Counted from the stretch's first letter, positions 40,912 to 51,836 are shown. The stretch: 64,000 nt of DNA from Candidatus Hydrogenedentota bacterium (GCA_045863295.1 BTWA01000027.1:25025-89024); one strand, 5' to 3'. The notes: generated from the letters alone by a model not told the origin. Translations and numbers: made by a program.

Positions 40912-41891
40912 GCAAGGGAGTCATCGGAATTGATTTGGGAGGCACGAATGTCAAAGCCGCGCTTGTATCCGTCGATGGACAGGTATTAGAAAAGGTATCG
41001 CTGCCGACACACGCGGACGAGGGGCTGGAAAAAGTCTTAAGCGTTATGCAGGGGTCCGTTGAAAACCTGCTGCAAAAAACCGGGGTGAGCCGCGCCGATG
41101 TGTTGGCCATGGGGATTGGCGCTCCTGGTCCCATGAATTGGCAGACCGGCGTTGTGTACAGTCCGCCCAATCTGCCGGGCTGGAAGGACGTGCCCCTTGC
41201 GGACCTCATGGCCGAACGTACGGGCATCAAGACCTACGTGGACAACGACGCAAACGTTGCGTGTTGGGGCGAATTCTGGCTGGGTGCAGGTCGAAACGTG
41301 CATTCAATGTGCGCCCTCACGCTGGGAACCGGATTGGGCGGCGGCATTGTCGTATTTGGGAAGCTGTTGCGGGGAATCGACGGTACGGCCGCGGAAATCG
41401 GGCACTTATGTGTCCAGCGTGACGGCCGCGAATGCGGCTGTGGCGCCAAAGGTTGCATTGAACAGTATGCATCGGTCACGGGAATGGTGCGGACAGCCGT
41501 CGAAGGCTTGAAGGCAGGCAGACAATCCCGTTTGACCGGCATGTGCGGAGGGGACCCAAACGCCATAACCGGCAAACTGATCTCCGACGCACATGCCGCT
41601 GGCGACGAATTTGCAGGTTGGGTATTGCATGAGACCGGAGTATGGCTTGGCACCGCATGCGCCAGCCTGATCAATTTGCTGAACCCGGAGATGATCGTGC
41701 TTTGTGGCGGCGGAATTGCCGCGGGCGAACCCCTGTTCAAGCCAACCCGTGAAACCGCGCTGGCACAGTCGTTCGAAGTCCCGGGCAGGCGCTGCCAAAT
41801 CGTGCCGGCGGGACTGGGCAATGACGCGGGAGTCATTGGGTGCGCCGGCTGTGCCCTGGAAAGGTATCGCGAAGAAAACGGCGTCGCCTAG
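40908..41891 (+). CDS. ROK family sugar kinase (glucokinase-like)
   Basis: GIDLGGT, DNDAN, EIGH, CGCGAKGCIE. Confidence 0.92.
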   Translation: MSKGVIGIDLGGTNVKAALVSVDGQVLEKVSLPTHADEGLEKVLSVMQGSVENLLQKTGVSRADVLAMGIGAPGPMNWQTGVVYSPPNLPGWKDVPLADLMAERTGIKTYVDNDANVACWGEFWLGAGRNVHSMCALTLGTGLGGGIVVFGKLLRGIDGTAAEIGHLCVQRDGRECGCGAKGCIEQYASVTGMVRTAVEGLKAGRQSRLTGMCGGDPNAITGKLISDAHAAGDEFAGWVLHETGVWLGTACASLINLLNPEMIVLCGGGIAAGEPLFKPTRETALAQSFEVPGRRCQIVPAGLGNDAGVIGCAGCALERYREENGVA

Positions 41892-41910
41892 ACGCAAAAC
41901 CGAGGACTGA

Positions 41911-42534
41911 ATGATTGCCATTGTCGATTACAAAGCGGGAAATCTGAAAAGTGTGGAACTTGCACTGCAATTCATGGGGGTAGAAGGAAAGGTTACACGA
42001 GATCCTGCTGTTATTATGGCTGCGGATCGTGTCATCTTCCCGGGCGACGGCGCTGCCGCATCCGCCATGCAGCACCTGAACGAACTCGGACTTGCCGGAC
42101 CCTTGCGCGCTGTATACGAGCGTGGCACTCCGCTCCTTGGCATTTGCCTTGGCACCCAAGTGATCATGGATCATTCGGACGAAGACGGAGGAGTGGATTG
42201 CCTGGGTCTGCTACCCGGCAATGTGGTTCGCTTCAAGCCCAAGGAGAAGATGACGAAGATTCCACAGATGGGTTGGAATCAAATGCGATTCAAACGCGAT
42301 CATCCCCTGTTCAATGGCATCGAAAACGACAGCGAGTTCTATTTTATTCACAGTTATTACCCGAAACCCCTGGATGGATCCCACGTCATGGGTGAGACCG
42401 CCTATGCCGATGCCACCTTCGCTGCAGCAGTAGGGTGCAATAACTTGTTTGCAACGCAATTCCATCCTGAACGAAGCGGCCGAATTGGTATGCGATTGCT
42501 CGAAAACTTCACGACTTGGGACGGGCGCAACTAA
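41911..42534 (+). CDS. hisH: Imidazole glycerol phosphate synthase glutaminase subunit
   Basis: GICLG, PQMGWN, YFIHSY, QFHPE. Confidence 0.95.
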   Translation: MIAIVDYKAGNLKSVELALQFMGVEGKVTRDPAVIMAADRVIFPGDGAAASAMQHLNELGLAGPLRAVYERGTPLLGICLGTQVIMDHSDEDGGVDCLGLLPGNVVRFKPKEKMTKIPQMGWNQMRFKRDHPLFNGIENDSEFYFIHSYYPKPLDGSHVMGETAYADATFAAAVGCNNLFATQFHPERSGRIGMRLLENFTTWDGRN

Positions 42535-42564
42535 CCCAACTTGCAGTATTAGAGGTACGAATAC

Positions 42565-43344
42565 ATGCTGACCAAACGAATCGTCCCCTGTCTTGACGTG
42601 CGCAATCGTGTCGTCACCAAAGGGGTAAAGTTTCAAAATAATATCGACCTTGGCGATCCCATAGAAATGGCGGTAGCCTACAGCGACGGCGGCTGCGATG
42701 AACTGGTGTTTTACGACATCACGGCTTCGGCGGAAGGCCGCCGTATTGACATCGACATGGTGCTCGAAGTCGGTAAGGTCATTCACATTCCCTTTGCGGT
42801 TGGCGGGGGGATTCGCAACCTCGACGATATGTATGATGTGCTAAATGCCGGCGCGGAAAAAGTCTCCGTGAACTCCCTTGCGGTTCAGAACCCCGGCATT
42901 ATCGGAGAAGGCGCGCGCATATTCGGATCCCAGTGTATTGTGCTCGGGATGGATCCGGTCAAAACTGACGACTTGGGCAAGTGCCCAAGCGGGTACGAAA
43001 TTACCGTGCGGGGCTTCCGCGAGCGCACAGGAATGGACGCCCTAGACTGGGCTAGACGCGCCGAGCAACTTGGCGTGGGCGAAATAGTCGTCAATTCAGT
43101 CGATGCGGACGGCACCCGGAACGGGTTCGAACTGAAGTTGACGAAATTAATCGCGGAGAATGTGGGCATTCCGGTTGTGGCCTCTGGCGGCGCAGGTACG
43201 TGCCAACATCTAATAGACGTATTCAAGATTTCCCATGCTGACGCAGCGATTGTGGCGAGCATGGTACATACCGGCGACTATACGATTGCGGACATTAAGG
43301 ATGACCTGGATGCCGCAGGGATCCCGGTACGTAAGAAATGGTGA
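42565..43344 (+). CDS. hisF: Imidazole glycerol phosphate synthase cyclase subunit
   Basis: KRIVPCLDV, VGGGI, DADGT, ASGGAG. Confidence 0.96.
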   Translation: MLTKRIVPCLDVRNRVVTKGVKFQNNIDLGDPIEMAVAYSDGGCDELVFYDITASAEGRRIDIDMVLEVGKVIHIPFAVGGGIRNLDDMYDVLNAGAEKVSVNSLAVQNPGIIGEGARIFGSQCIVLGMDPVKTDDLGKCPSGYEITVRGFRERTGMDALDWARRAEQLGVGEIVVNSVDADGTRNGFELKLTKLIAENVGIPVVASGGAGTCQHLIDVFKISHADAAIVASMVHTGDYTIADIKDDLDAAGIPVRKKW

Positions 43345-43345
43345 A

Positions 43346-43720
43346 ATGCAAACACGGTCTGAACAAATCAATGTCAAGATGGATCAGGACAAGCCGCTAC
43401 AAGTAATGGTCGACTTGTGTATCGTACCGTTGGGCGTGGGCGTTTCTCTGTCGCCCTACATCGCCGAGTGCGAGAAGCTGATTCGAGAGGCGGGCCTTTC
43501 ACATTGCCTGCACGCGTACGGAACTAATATTGAGGGCGATTGGGACACAGTATTCGAAACGGTCAAGCGCTGTCATGAGGCCGTACACGCCATGGGAGCG
43601 CCGCGTATTACAACTACATTAAAAGTTGGGACCCGCATCGATCGCCCGCAATCGTTGCACGACAAGGTCGCAAGCGTGGAAGAAAAGCTGAATGGCGCCA
43701 AATGCGCCGGGACCCAATAG
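43346..43720 (+). CDS. MTH1187-family thiamine-binding protein
   Basis: [35 protein letters not shown]. Confidence 0.85.
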   Translation: MQTRSEQINVKMDQDKPLQVMVDLCIVPLGVGVSLSPYIAECEKLIREAGLSHCLHAYGTNIEGDWDTVFETVKRCHEAVHAMGAPRITTTLKVGTRIDRPQSLHDKVASVEEKLNGAKCAGTQ

Positions 43721-43727
43721 CAGAGCC

Positions 43728-44489
43728 ATGGAAAAACGCAACTTTCTCATCGACATGGACGGCGTTCTCGTTAGCGGACACACCGCCATACCGGGTGCAG
43801 CCGACTTCATACAACGCCTGATTGCGGGCGAATACAAGTTTCTCGTAGTCACGAACAACCCACTTTATACACCCGGCGATTTGTCGTACAAGCTGCGTTC
43901 CCGTGGGCTGGATATACCGATGGACCGGATTTATACCTCGGCTATGGCGACCGCGCATTTTTTGCAGAAGCAGAAGAAGCGAGGGACAGCCTTCGTGATC
44001 GGTGAGAGCGGGTTAACCACCGCGCTTCACAATGCGGGTTTTGTAATTACCGATCAGAATCCCGAATATGTCGTGGTCGGCGAGACCACAAACTACAGTT
44101 TCGATCTGATCGCTAAAGCTATCCGTTTGGTGGCGGCCGGGTCCAATTTCATCGCCACGAACCCCGACGCTAACGGCCCGGCCGAGGAAGGTATTGTCCC
44201 TGCGTGCGGTGCAATGGCCGCTTTGATCGAAAAAGCAGGAGGGCACCGGCCTTACTTCATCGGCAAACCGAACCCACTCATGATGCGTAGCGCCCTCAAT
44301 TATCTCGGCGTACACTCCGAGAACACATGCATGATCGGCGATCGTATGGATACCGATGTGATTGCAGGGATCGAAAGCGGCATGGAGACCATTCTAGTGT
44401 TGAGCGGTGTGACGAACCGCGACGACAGTCTGCGATTTCCCTACCAGCCCAGCCATATCGTTGGCAGTGTGGCCGAAATCGAACTGTGA
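43728..44489 (+). CDS. HAD-IIA hydrolase (NagD-like)
   Basis: DMDGVL, TNN, GKPNP, GDRMDTD. Confidence 0.9.
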   Translation: MEKRNFLIDMDGVLVSGHTAIPGAADFIQRLIAGEYKFLVVTNNPLYTPGDLSYKLRSRGLDIPMDRIYTSAMATAHFLQKQKKRGTAFVIGESGLTTALHNAGFVITDQNPEYVVVGETTNYSFDLIAKAIRLVAAGSNFIATNPDANGPAEEGIVPACGAMAALIEKAGGHRPYFIGKPNPLMMRSALNYLGVHSENTCMIGDRMDTDVIAGIESGMETILVLSGVTNRDDSLRFPYQPSHIVGSVAEIEL

Positions 44490-44490
44490 A

Positions 44491-45525
44491 CTATAGCCCC
44501 GCCAGTTCCACGCGGTTTCTTCCCAATTCCTTGGCGCGGTACAGTGCCTCATCCGCCGCTTTTACCATGGCGCCGGGTGAATCGTAGGTCGTTTCGTACT
44601 CGGCCACCCCAATGCTGGTGGTGACACGAAGCGGGTCGGGTCCCTGCCCTTTAAAGTCCGTGTTGCGGACTTCCTGGCAGAGTTTATTCGCGAGCACCGA
44701 CGCTTCGGTCATTCGAGTCTCGGGTAAGATGATGGACATCTCTTCGCCACCGTAGCGGCAGCAGATGTCGGCCTTGCGCGTTCTATCTTCCAACAGTGCC
44801 GCAAACTGTTGAAGGACCATGTCTCCGGTCTGGTGGCCGTGCGTATCGTTGAATTTCTTGAAGTGGTCGATATCGCTGAGCAATACAGAGAATGGGCGCC
44901 CGTACCGTTTGGCTTGGTCAAATTCCTCATCCATACGCAAATCGAAATACCTTCGCACATACAAACCGGTAAGTCCGTCGGTTACCGCCAGGGCGTAAAG
45001 TTGCGCATTGTTTATCGCAATGGCGATCTGTTGCCCCAGGGACTGGAAAAGGAATGCGTCATCCTCTGTAAATGGCTCGCCGTCCTTCGGATCCTGCAGC
45101 AGCATCACGCCGAGTAGTTTGTGTTGCGCAATGAGCGGAACCAGCGCGGCACACTCAAACTCAGATACGTCCAGATGCACCCGCCTTGCCGCGAGTGCCC
45201 GTCCCATAATTGAACCTTCCCAAGGTCGTGGATCTTCATCAAGGCGGTCCTTGCCAATCAGATCCTCGCCAAATTTTGCGATGACAGGAAAGATGAGCTT
45301 TCCCGTCTTATCCAGTTGATAAATCGTCACCCGCCGGACTTCCAAGGCCCCCTGAACCACATTCGCAATGAGCGTTAATGCTTCGTCCAAGTTCAGGGTA
45401 GTGCTTATGGCAACGCCGATTTCTCGCAATATCGATAAATGGTCGACTTGCCGCCGAAGCCCCAGGTAGCTGCGGTACAGGTTTTCGTAGTCGCGGGCGA
45501 GTTGATCGGCCGGAGTATCTGACAT
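44491..45525 (-). CDS. GAF-GGDEF diguanylate cyclase
   Basis: TDGLTGL, DIDHFKKFND, RKAD I-site, RYGGEEM; start trimmed to MSDTPAD. Confidence 0.9.
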   Translation of the reverse strand: MSDTPADQLARDYENLYRSYLGLRRQVDHLSILREIGVAISTTLNLDEALTLIANVVQGALEVRRVTIYQLDKTGKLIFPVIAKFGEDLIGKDRLDEDPRPWEGSIMGRALAARRVHLDVSEFECAALVPLIAQHKLLGVMLLQDPKDGEPFTEDDAFLFQSLGQQIAIAINNAQLYALAVTDGLTGLYVRRYFDLRMDEEFDQAKRYGRPFSVLLSDIDHFKKFNDTHGHQTGDMVLQQFAALLEDRTRKADICCRYGGEEMSIILPETRMTEASVLANKLCQEVRNTDFKGQGPDPLRVTTSIGVAEYETTYDSPGAMVKAADEALYRAKELGRNRVELAGL

Positions 45526-45630
45526 GCAATGGCTGCTCCATCCACCGTTGGGCCATAGTACCACGCGTTGCATGACACAAGCGACAGGGCGTATAAAGGC
45601 GCCTAACGCGGTGTGGCAAAGGAGCAAAGT

Positions 45631-46059
45631 ATGGCTATTTGGAAGTACGCCTTCACTTTGGATGATTTGAATGCGCGATGTTCGGAGACGTTGGCCGAGC
45701 ACCTTGCCATTGAATTTATCGAGTTTGGCGATGATTTCATCAAGGCGCGAATGCCGGTGGATCGGCGCACTCGCCAGCCCGCTGGGCTCTTGCACGGCGG
45801 CGCATCCGTTGCCCTGGCGGAGACCATTGGCAGCATGGCCGCCAATCTGTGCGTGGACATTCAGCGATTCATGTGTGTCGGACTCGAAATTAATGCCAAC
45901 CATGTGAGACCCGTGACCCATGGATATGTCATTGCGGAAGCCCGTGCGCTGCACATCGGCAAGTCTACACACGTTTGGGACATCAAGCTGCGAACAGAAG
46001 AGGGGAAGCTCGCCTGCGTCAGTCGTCTCACCATGGCGGTTCTTGCCCATTCGGAGTGA
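45631..46059 (+). CDS. Hot-dog fold thioesterase (MenI/YdiI-like)
   Basis: QPAGLLHGGASVALAETIGS, GLEINANH; AAGGAG RBS. Confidence 0.9.
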   Translation: MAIWKYAFTLDDLNARCSETLAEHLAIEFIEFGDDFIKARMPVDRRTRQPAGLLHGGASVALAETIGSMAANLCVDIQRFMCVGLEINANHVRPVTHGYVIAEARALHIGKSTHVWDIKLRTEEGKLACVSRLTMAVLAHSE

Positions 46060-46163
46060 ACCGCCAAAAACTCGATTTTCACGCCCGCCAAACGCTATCA
46101 TCATTTCCCTTTGTTTACTGACAATGGGCTGATTTTGGCCTTGAGTAGTGTGGGAGATGTGGC

Positions 46164-46760
46164 GTGCGTAGAGCAATTGTGAGTTGTTATGACAAGACCG
46201 GCATAGTGGAATTGGCAGGCCTGTTGCGTGAATTCGACGTCGAGATTATCAGCACGGCCGGTACGCTTCAGGTGTTGCACGATGCCGGAATCGATGCGGT
46301 AAGTATCGGTGAGTACACCGGGGTTGCCGAAATGCTGGACGGGCGGGTGAAGTCGCTGCACTCTAAAGTGCACGCGGGACTCCTGGGTCTGCGCGACAAG
46401 AAACTGCACCAAGAACAGATGGCGGCTGCTGAATATCCGTGGATAGACTTCTGCATCGTGAATTTGTACCCCGTAGCCGAATTCATACAACGGAGTTCGG
46501 TGACGGTCGATGAGGTTGTGGACCACATCGACATCGGTGGTCTCGCCATGATCCGGTCGGCTGCCAAGAATTTTCGCTATGTGACGTGCTCGGTGAATCC
46601 AGACCGCTATAGCGCAATCATGCATGAACTACGCGCCCATGACGGAACGGTGACATTCAAGACACGGTTCAGGCTCGCCCAAGAGGCATTTGCTCATACG
46701 GCCCAATACGATCAGGTAATCGCCGATTATCTCAAGCAAGTAGAACCGACCGATGAGTGA
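46164..46760 (+). CDS. purH: IMP cyclohydrolase-like domain of PurH only (no AICAR transformylase domain)
   Basis: RRAIVSCYDK, GRVKSLH, VNLYP, IDIGG, RSAAKN, AFAHTAQYD; ends at 198 aa. Confidence 0.8.
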   Translation: MRRAIVSCYDKTGIVELAGLLREFDVEIISTAGTLQVLHDAGIDAVSIGEYTGVAEMLDGRVKSLHSKVHAGLLGLRDKKLHQEQMAAAEYPWIDFCIVNLYPVAEFIQRSSVTVDEVVDHIDIGGLAMIRSAAKNFRYVTCSVNPDRYSAIMHELRAHDGTVTFKTRFRLAQEAFAHTAQYDQVIADYLKQVEPTDE

Positions 46761-48051
46761 AGTGAATGTGCTTATAGTCGGCAGCGGCGGACGTGAGCAC
46801 GCGCTTGCTTGGAAACTGCAACAGAGCCCTATCGTCGGGAAGTTGTATTGTGCGCCGGGCAATGCGGGCATTGCTAACGTGGCCGAGTGCGTTCCAATTG
46901 GTGTAAACGATTTTGACACGTTAATTGCCTTTGCGCGGGAAAAAGACATTGGACTGACGGTGGTGGGACCTGAAGATCCGCTTACTCGTGGTATTGTGGA
47001 TGCGTTTGAGAAAGAAGGCTTGGTTGCATTTGGCCCCTCGGCAAAGGCGGCTCAATTGGAGGGAAGCAAAGCCTTTGCAAAGCAGATGATGGCCCAATGG
47101 GGCATCCCCACAGCCGCCTATGCCGAATTTACCAAGGCCGATAAAGCCGTCGCCTACATCCAGGAACGGGGCGTCCCCATTGTAATCAAGGCTGATGGTC
47201 TCGCCGCGGGAAAGGGCGTAACGGTTGCTCACACAGTAGACGAAGCCATTGGTGCAATTCATGCCGCCATGAGTGACCGCGTTTTTGGAGATGCGGGCGC
47301 AAAAGTCGTGGTTGAAGAATGTCTGGTGGGTGAAGAAGCATCAATCCTGGCCTTGTCAGACGGCACAACGATCATGGCGCTGCTTCCAAGTCAAGATCAC
47401 AAGGCGGCCTTCGACAATGATGAAGGTCCGAATACGGGCGGTATGGGCGCCTACGCGCCGGCCCCTGTTGTGACTGACGATCTCAAGTTGGAAATACAGC
47501 GGACTATCCTGGAACCCTGTATTGCAGGAATGAATGCAATGGGAATTCCCTTCAAGGGGGTCCTCTATGCAGGGTTGATGATCACGAAGGAAGGTCCAAA
47601 GGTCATTGAGTTCAATTGCCGGTTCGGTGATCCGGAGACTCAAGTTACACTGCCGCAACTCAAAGGCGACTTGCTGCCCTTGTTATTGGCATGCTGCACC
47701 GGTACGTTAGACCAGCATCCTCTCGAGTGGGAGGGGGGGGCTTGCGTGTCGGTGGTCATGGCGTCGCCCGGATACCCCGGCGAATATCCCAAGGGCCTGC
47801 CGATTGAGGGAATCGACAGGGCGGAATTGGGTGGAAACGCAATGGTCTTTCACGCGGGGACGGCGGTAAAGAATGGCCAATTGGTGACCAACGGCGGGCG
47901 AGTACTTAATGTGACTGCATTGGGTGATGGCATCGCGCAAGCCATAGACAAGGCGTACAAAGCGGTTAATTGCATTGAATTCAAGAATGCGCACTTCCGA
48001 CGAGATATAGGCAAGAAGGCTTTGGCGAAGTGCTGTTTCCCCCGGATCTGA
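46753..48051 (+). CDS. purD: Phosphoribosylamine--glycine ligase
   Basis: GSGGREHAL, KADGLAAGKGV, GPNTGGMG, EFNCRFGDPE. Confidence 0.97.
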   Translation: MSEVNVLIVGSGGREHALAWKLQQSPIVGKLYCAPGNAGIANVAECVPIGVNDFDTLIAFAREKDIGLTVVGPEDPLTRGIVDAFEKEGLVAFGPSAKAAQLEGSKAFAKQMMAQWGIPTAAYAEFTKADKAVAYIQERGVPIVIKADGLAAGKGVTVAHTVDEAIGAIHAAMSDRVFGDAGAKVVVEECLVGEEASILALSDGTTIMALLPSQDHKAAFDNDEGPNTGGMGAYAPAPVVTDDLKLEIQRTILEPCIAGMNAMGIPFKGVLYAGLMITKEGPKVIEFNCRFGDPETQVTLPQLKGDLLPLLLACCTGTLDQHPLEWEGGACVSVVMASPGYPGEYPKGLPIEGIDRAELGGNAMVFHAGTAVKNGQLVTNGGRVLNVTALGDGIAQAIDKAYKAVNCIEFKNAHFRRDIGKKALAKCCFPRI

Positions 48052-48129
48052 CCATCAGTAAGCCAGCCATCTCAAGATTGTTCGAGAACAGCGTTTAGAG
48101 CGGAGTCGAATTGCGGAGGTGTAGTTAGC

Positions 48130-48438
48130 ATGTTGGTTGTTCTGGTGGACGTACATGTATTGCCGCAGTACGTCGAGGCCTTTAGGGAGGCCACGATTGA
48201 GAACGCAAGAAACAGCGCGTTGGAACCAGGAATTGCACGCTTCGATGTGATCCAACAGCAGGATGATCCGACGCGATTTGTATTGATTGAGGTGTATCGA
48301 ACGCCGGACGATCCCGCCCGGCACAAGGAAACCGATCATTACAAGCGCTGGCGCGATACGGTGGAATCGATGATGGCGATTCCGAGATCCAGCCGTAAGT
48401 TTTCCAATGTCTTTCCGGACGATGTCGTGTGGGACTGA
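48130..48438 (+). CDS. ABM/LsrG-like putative monooxygenase
   Basis: [23 protein letters not shown]. Confidence 0.82.
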   Translation: MLVVLVDVHVLPQYVEAFREATIENARNSALEPGIARFDVIQQQDDPTRFVLIEVYRTPDDPARHKETDHYKRWRDTVESMMAIPRSSRKFSNVFPDDVVWD

Positions 48439-48444
48439 GCGTCC

Positions 48445-49417
48445 GTGAAGGATCCCAGGCGATTCGCAGGGTGGCGGCGGCGATCCGCAAATGTTTGTGC
48501 ACTCCTCGCGGTGTTTCCTGCATTGGGGACTGTCCTTGCCTTGCTTGGAAATCGTTGGTGGGTGGCCGACCTTTTTACGCATTTCCGTATCCAATATGCC
48601 CTCGCCTTACTTCTGACGACGGGTGTGCTCCTCGTGGATCGGCGCTGGATACTGGGGTCCTTTTACGCGACGATCACCCTTTGGAACTTGATGCTGCTTG
48701 CTCCCTTCTCCCTTCTACCTTTCTGAGCGAGGCAGCGGGAATCAACGCGATTTCAGGATTCTGAATGCCAATGTCAATACGGCGCAAGGAGATCCGGAGC
48801 GCCTGCTCGAGATAATCTCCCACTATAATCCGGACGTGATCTTGTTGCAGGAAGTGGGCGATAGGTGGCTGCCTTCGTTGGCTGCATTGAACGCTGAATA
48901 TCCATTTGAGCTGGTCTATCCCAAAAACGACAACTTCGGAATCGCCTTGTATAGCAGGCGCCCGTTAATTAATCCTCAGGTGCGGTTTATCGGCCATGTC
49001 GATCTAGCAACCTTGACTGCTCGAATCGAATTTGAAAAACAGGATGTTTATTTCATCGCTGCACACACATTGCCTCCTATGGGCTGGCAGAATTCATACT
49101 GGAGGAACAACCAGTTAAACCTACTGGGAGAGCACGCGAATGCTATCAATGGGAATGTCGTGCTGGCGGGCGATCTGAATGCGACTCCTTGGTCGGGACA
49201 TTTCCAGGAAATGATAAGAAATTCCGGGCTTCGAGATAGTGCCAGGGGATACGGAGTCCAGGCCACGTGGCCGGTGGGATCCCTCTTACTGCGTATCCCG
49301 CTCGATCATTGTCTACACAGTTCAGGGCTGGAAGTGGTGGGTAGAGAGGTAGGACCCGACATAGGTTCCGATCACTTTCCAGTCATTGTCGATTTGGTAT
49401 TTGCCGAGGCCGGTTGA
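48445..49417 (+). pseudogene. Membrane-anchored endonuclease/exonuclease/phosphatase-family gene frameshifted by a 7-bp duplication
   Basis: N-terminal TM part (LFTHFRIQY) ends at 48726; catalytic part (LQEV, GDLNATPWS, PLDH, GSDH) is in another frame; CTCCCTT x2 at 48701-48714. Confidence 0.8.
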
Positions 49418-49454
49418 TAGTGGACTGCGATGCGACTGCTTCAAAGATTGTTGA

Positions 49455-50747
49455 TTAGTATGCGCTCGGCAAGGACCAGGGGGACCGGTATCCAGCAAAA
49501 AGCAACGCATCAGCGGCCTTGCTATTCGTAATCCGTTCGCTTTCGGCATCCCATTCAATTTCGTCTTTAACCCTGTATGCAATGTTACCCAAGTGGGCGA
49601 TCGCAGTGACATGGTGGCCTACTTCGGGATTGGAAACCGGTTGCTCTCGCGACTTGATGCAATCCAGAAAATTGCGCACGTGTGCGGCACGGCCATCAGG
49701 GCTGGCTTCATGCTTCTCCGCTTCAAGCACCGCTCGCACGGAGGGATCAGGAATGACCTCCCAGCCCCCCGCCGAGGCAATGAGTGTGCCGTGGGCACCG
49801 CTGAACGCAGCGCCGCTGTCGGCATTGTGGGGGCCAATCGTACCCTGTAATTGGTGCTCCCAAGTGAGCGTGTAATGGGGAAACTGATATAGCACGGTCT
49901 GCGTGTCCGGAGTCTCAGTGATGGTACCCAACACGTTCGAACTACCGGCCGACGCAATCCGAGTGGGCCATTCCAGCCCTGTAGCCCACTGGCAGAAATT
50001 GATTACGTGAACACCCAGGTCGGTGGCGAGACCGCCCGCGTAGTCCCAGTACCACCTAAAGTTGCGGTGAAACCGATTAGGGTTGAAGGCGCGCTCGGGG
50101 CATGGCCCCGTCCACAAATCGTAATCCACACCCTGGGGCACAGGGCAATCGCTTTGTGGTTGTATGTCCCATGTCTTGTAGCACCACGCGCGGATAGAAC
50201 GAATGGATCCCAATTTGCCGGATTGTACATAAGCTGCCGCATCCGCATAGTGTTGAGCGCTTCGCCATTGCGTTCCCATTTGTACAATGGACTTATTCGC
50301 CTGCGCGGCCGTGACTATGGCGCGCCCTTCTTCGACGGTTCGCGCAAAGGGTTTTTCGACGTAAACATCCCGCCCTGTCTGGCACCCAAAAACGGTGGGC
50401 AACGCGTGCCAATGATCCGGGGTTGAAACTAGGAGCGCGTCGATGTCCTTTCGGTCAAGTACGCGACGGAAGTCTCTGTGCGTGTCCGGCTTATTGCCGC
50501 GCTGCGATTCTACGTTCGCCGCGCCTTTTGCGGCGTGCGCATCGTCGACGTCGCATATGACCGCACACTCCACTTCAGGATTTCGCAAAAACTCCGCCAG
50601 ATTGCCCGTGCCCCGGCTGCCGTAGCCTACAACCCCAAGACGGATTCGATCGCTGGGGGCGACCTGCGCATTGGCCAAACGAAGCCGGGCCGTCGCCAAT
50701 CCGGAAGCGGCGGCTATCACAAACGTACGACGCGTGACGGAAGGCAT
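49455..50747 (-). CDS. Gfo/Idh/MocA oxidoreductase with Tat-like leader
   Basis: TRRTF, GVVGYGSRG, TPDHWH, YVEKP. Confidence 0.9.
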   Translation of the reverse strand: MPSVTRRTFVIAAASGLATARLRLANAQVAPSDRIRLGVVGYGSRGTGNLAEFLRNPEVECAVICDVDDAHAAKGAANVESQRGNKPDTHRDFRRVLDRKDIDALLVSTPDHWHALPTVFGCQTGRDVYVEKPFARTVEEGRAIVTAAQANKSIVQMGTQWRSAQHYADAAAYVQSGKLGSIRSIRAWCYKTWDIQPQSDCPVPQGVDYDLWTGPCPERAFNPNRFHRNFRWYWDYAGGLATDLGVHVINFCQWATGLEWPTRIASAGSSNVLGTITETPDTQTVLYQFPHYTLTWEHQLQGTIGPHNADSGAAFSGAHGTLIASAGGWEVIPDPSVRAVLEAEKHEASPDGRAAHVRNFLDCIKSREQPVSNPEVGHHVTAIAHLGNIAYRVKDEIEWDAESERITNSKAADALLFAGYRSPWSLPSAY

Positions 50748-50843
50748 AGATGATTCCCTCGCGTTTGCTGACAGGGCAGCTTACCACGGTAGTCAAACAG
50801 GGATCATCCGGATAGTGTTCGTGGAACACGAATCAGTAAAGGG

Positions 50844-51836
50844 CTATCCGACTACGAGATTTCGAGCGACGATGCGGTCGTCGTGCCGGCTCTTCGCGCG
50901 AAAAAGGCCAGACATGGCTTCGCCCAACACAAAGTCGGCATCTTTGGCCTGACCGTTCTGGCAGGTAACCAAGCCTGCGCGCAGAATGACCTCGGTTGGA
51001 AAGCAGGGGTCAGCGAAGATGGTGCTATCGACTTCGCGCAGGATCTTGTCGGTGTAGCCACGTGCCTGATCAATCGGGGTGTGGGGGAGTATACAGGCAA
51101 AAACCGTTCCATCAAATCGAGCCACGATGTCATAGGTGCGCGAATGATTCCGGATAGACATCGCGATCTCCTGCATCAGATCGTCGAGGGAAACCGGGCC
51201 AAGCTCTTCGTCTTTGGCCACGATTTCGTCAATATCGATTACGACGCAGGAAACCGGGTAATCGTACCGGTGCGCCTTTTCTACTTCTTCTTGCAGCCTC
51301 TCCATAAGATAACGCCGATTGCGTAGTCCGGTAAGGAGATCGGTGTACGTCGAGTCTTGCAGTGAATCTTCCAGTTCGCGTACCCGTTCTTTCAGGCGAT
51401 AGGTGCGCATCGCGGAATCAACCCGAACCATGACAATAGGAAGGTTGTAAGGCTTTGTGATGTAGTCTGCCGCCCCAAGCTGATACCCAGTCAGCACGTC
51501 ATTATTGCTACCGCGGACACTCACAAAGATGACTACCGTGTCACGTGTCAGGGGATTTTCTTTAATCCGTCGGCAGACGTCATGCCCGCTGATATCGGGC
51601 AGACACACATCCAACAGAATTAGGTCGACGCCACCCTTTTCACAGGCAGCCAGCGCTTCCGTGCCGGTGCACACGGCAAAGGATTCGTAGTTGTTTCGCC
51701 GCAACCCCTCGCAAAGGGCCGCCGCAGACTCTTCGTTGTCGTCCGCCACACACACTACTAATGGTTTCACTGAATCCCCACTTCCGGTCACGACAAGAGA
51801 ACTACCATAAGTACCCTTCCCATGGGAGTTTACCAT
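50844..51836 (-). CDS. REC + degenerate GGDEF protein
   Basis: REC (ADD, LLD, KP); TDLLTGLRNRR; active-site position reads RFDGTVF. Confidence 0.82.
   Translation of the reverse strand: MVNSHGKGTYGSSLVVTGSGDSVKPLVVCVADDNEESAAALCEGLRRNNYESFAVCTGTEALAACEKGGVDLILLDVCLPDISGHDVCRRIKENPLTRDTVVIFVSVRGSNNDVLTGYQLGAADYITKPYNLPIVMVRVDSAMRTYRLKERVRELEDSLQDSTYTDLLTGLRNRRYLMERLQEEVEKAHRYDYPVSCVVIDIDEIVAKDEELGPVSLDDLMQEIAMSIRNHSRTYDIVARFDGTVFACILPHTPIDQARGYTDKILREVDSTIFADPCFPTEVILRAGLVTCQNGQAKDADFVLGEAMSGLFRAKSRHDDRIVARNLVVG

Noticed and set aside
45526..46176. 217-aa N-terminal extension of the GGDEF ORF
   Set aside because: It is the antisense shadow of the well-supported thioesterase gene
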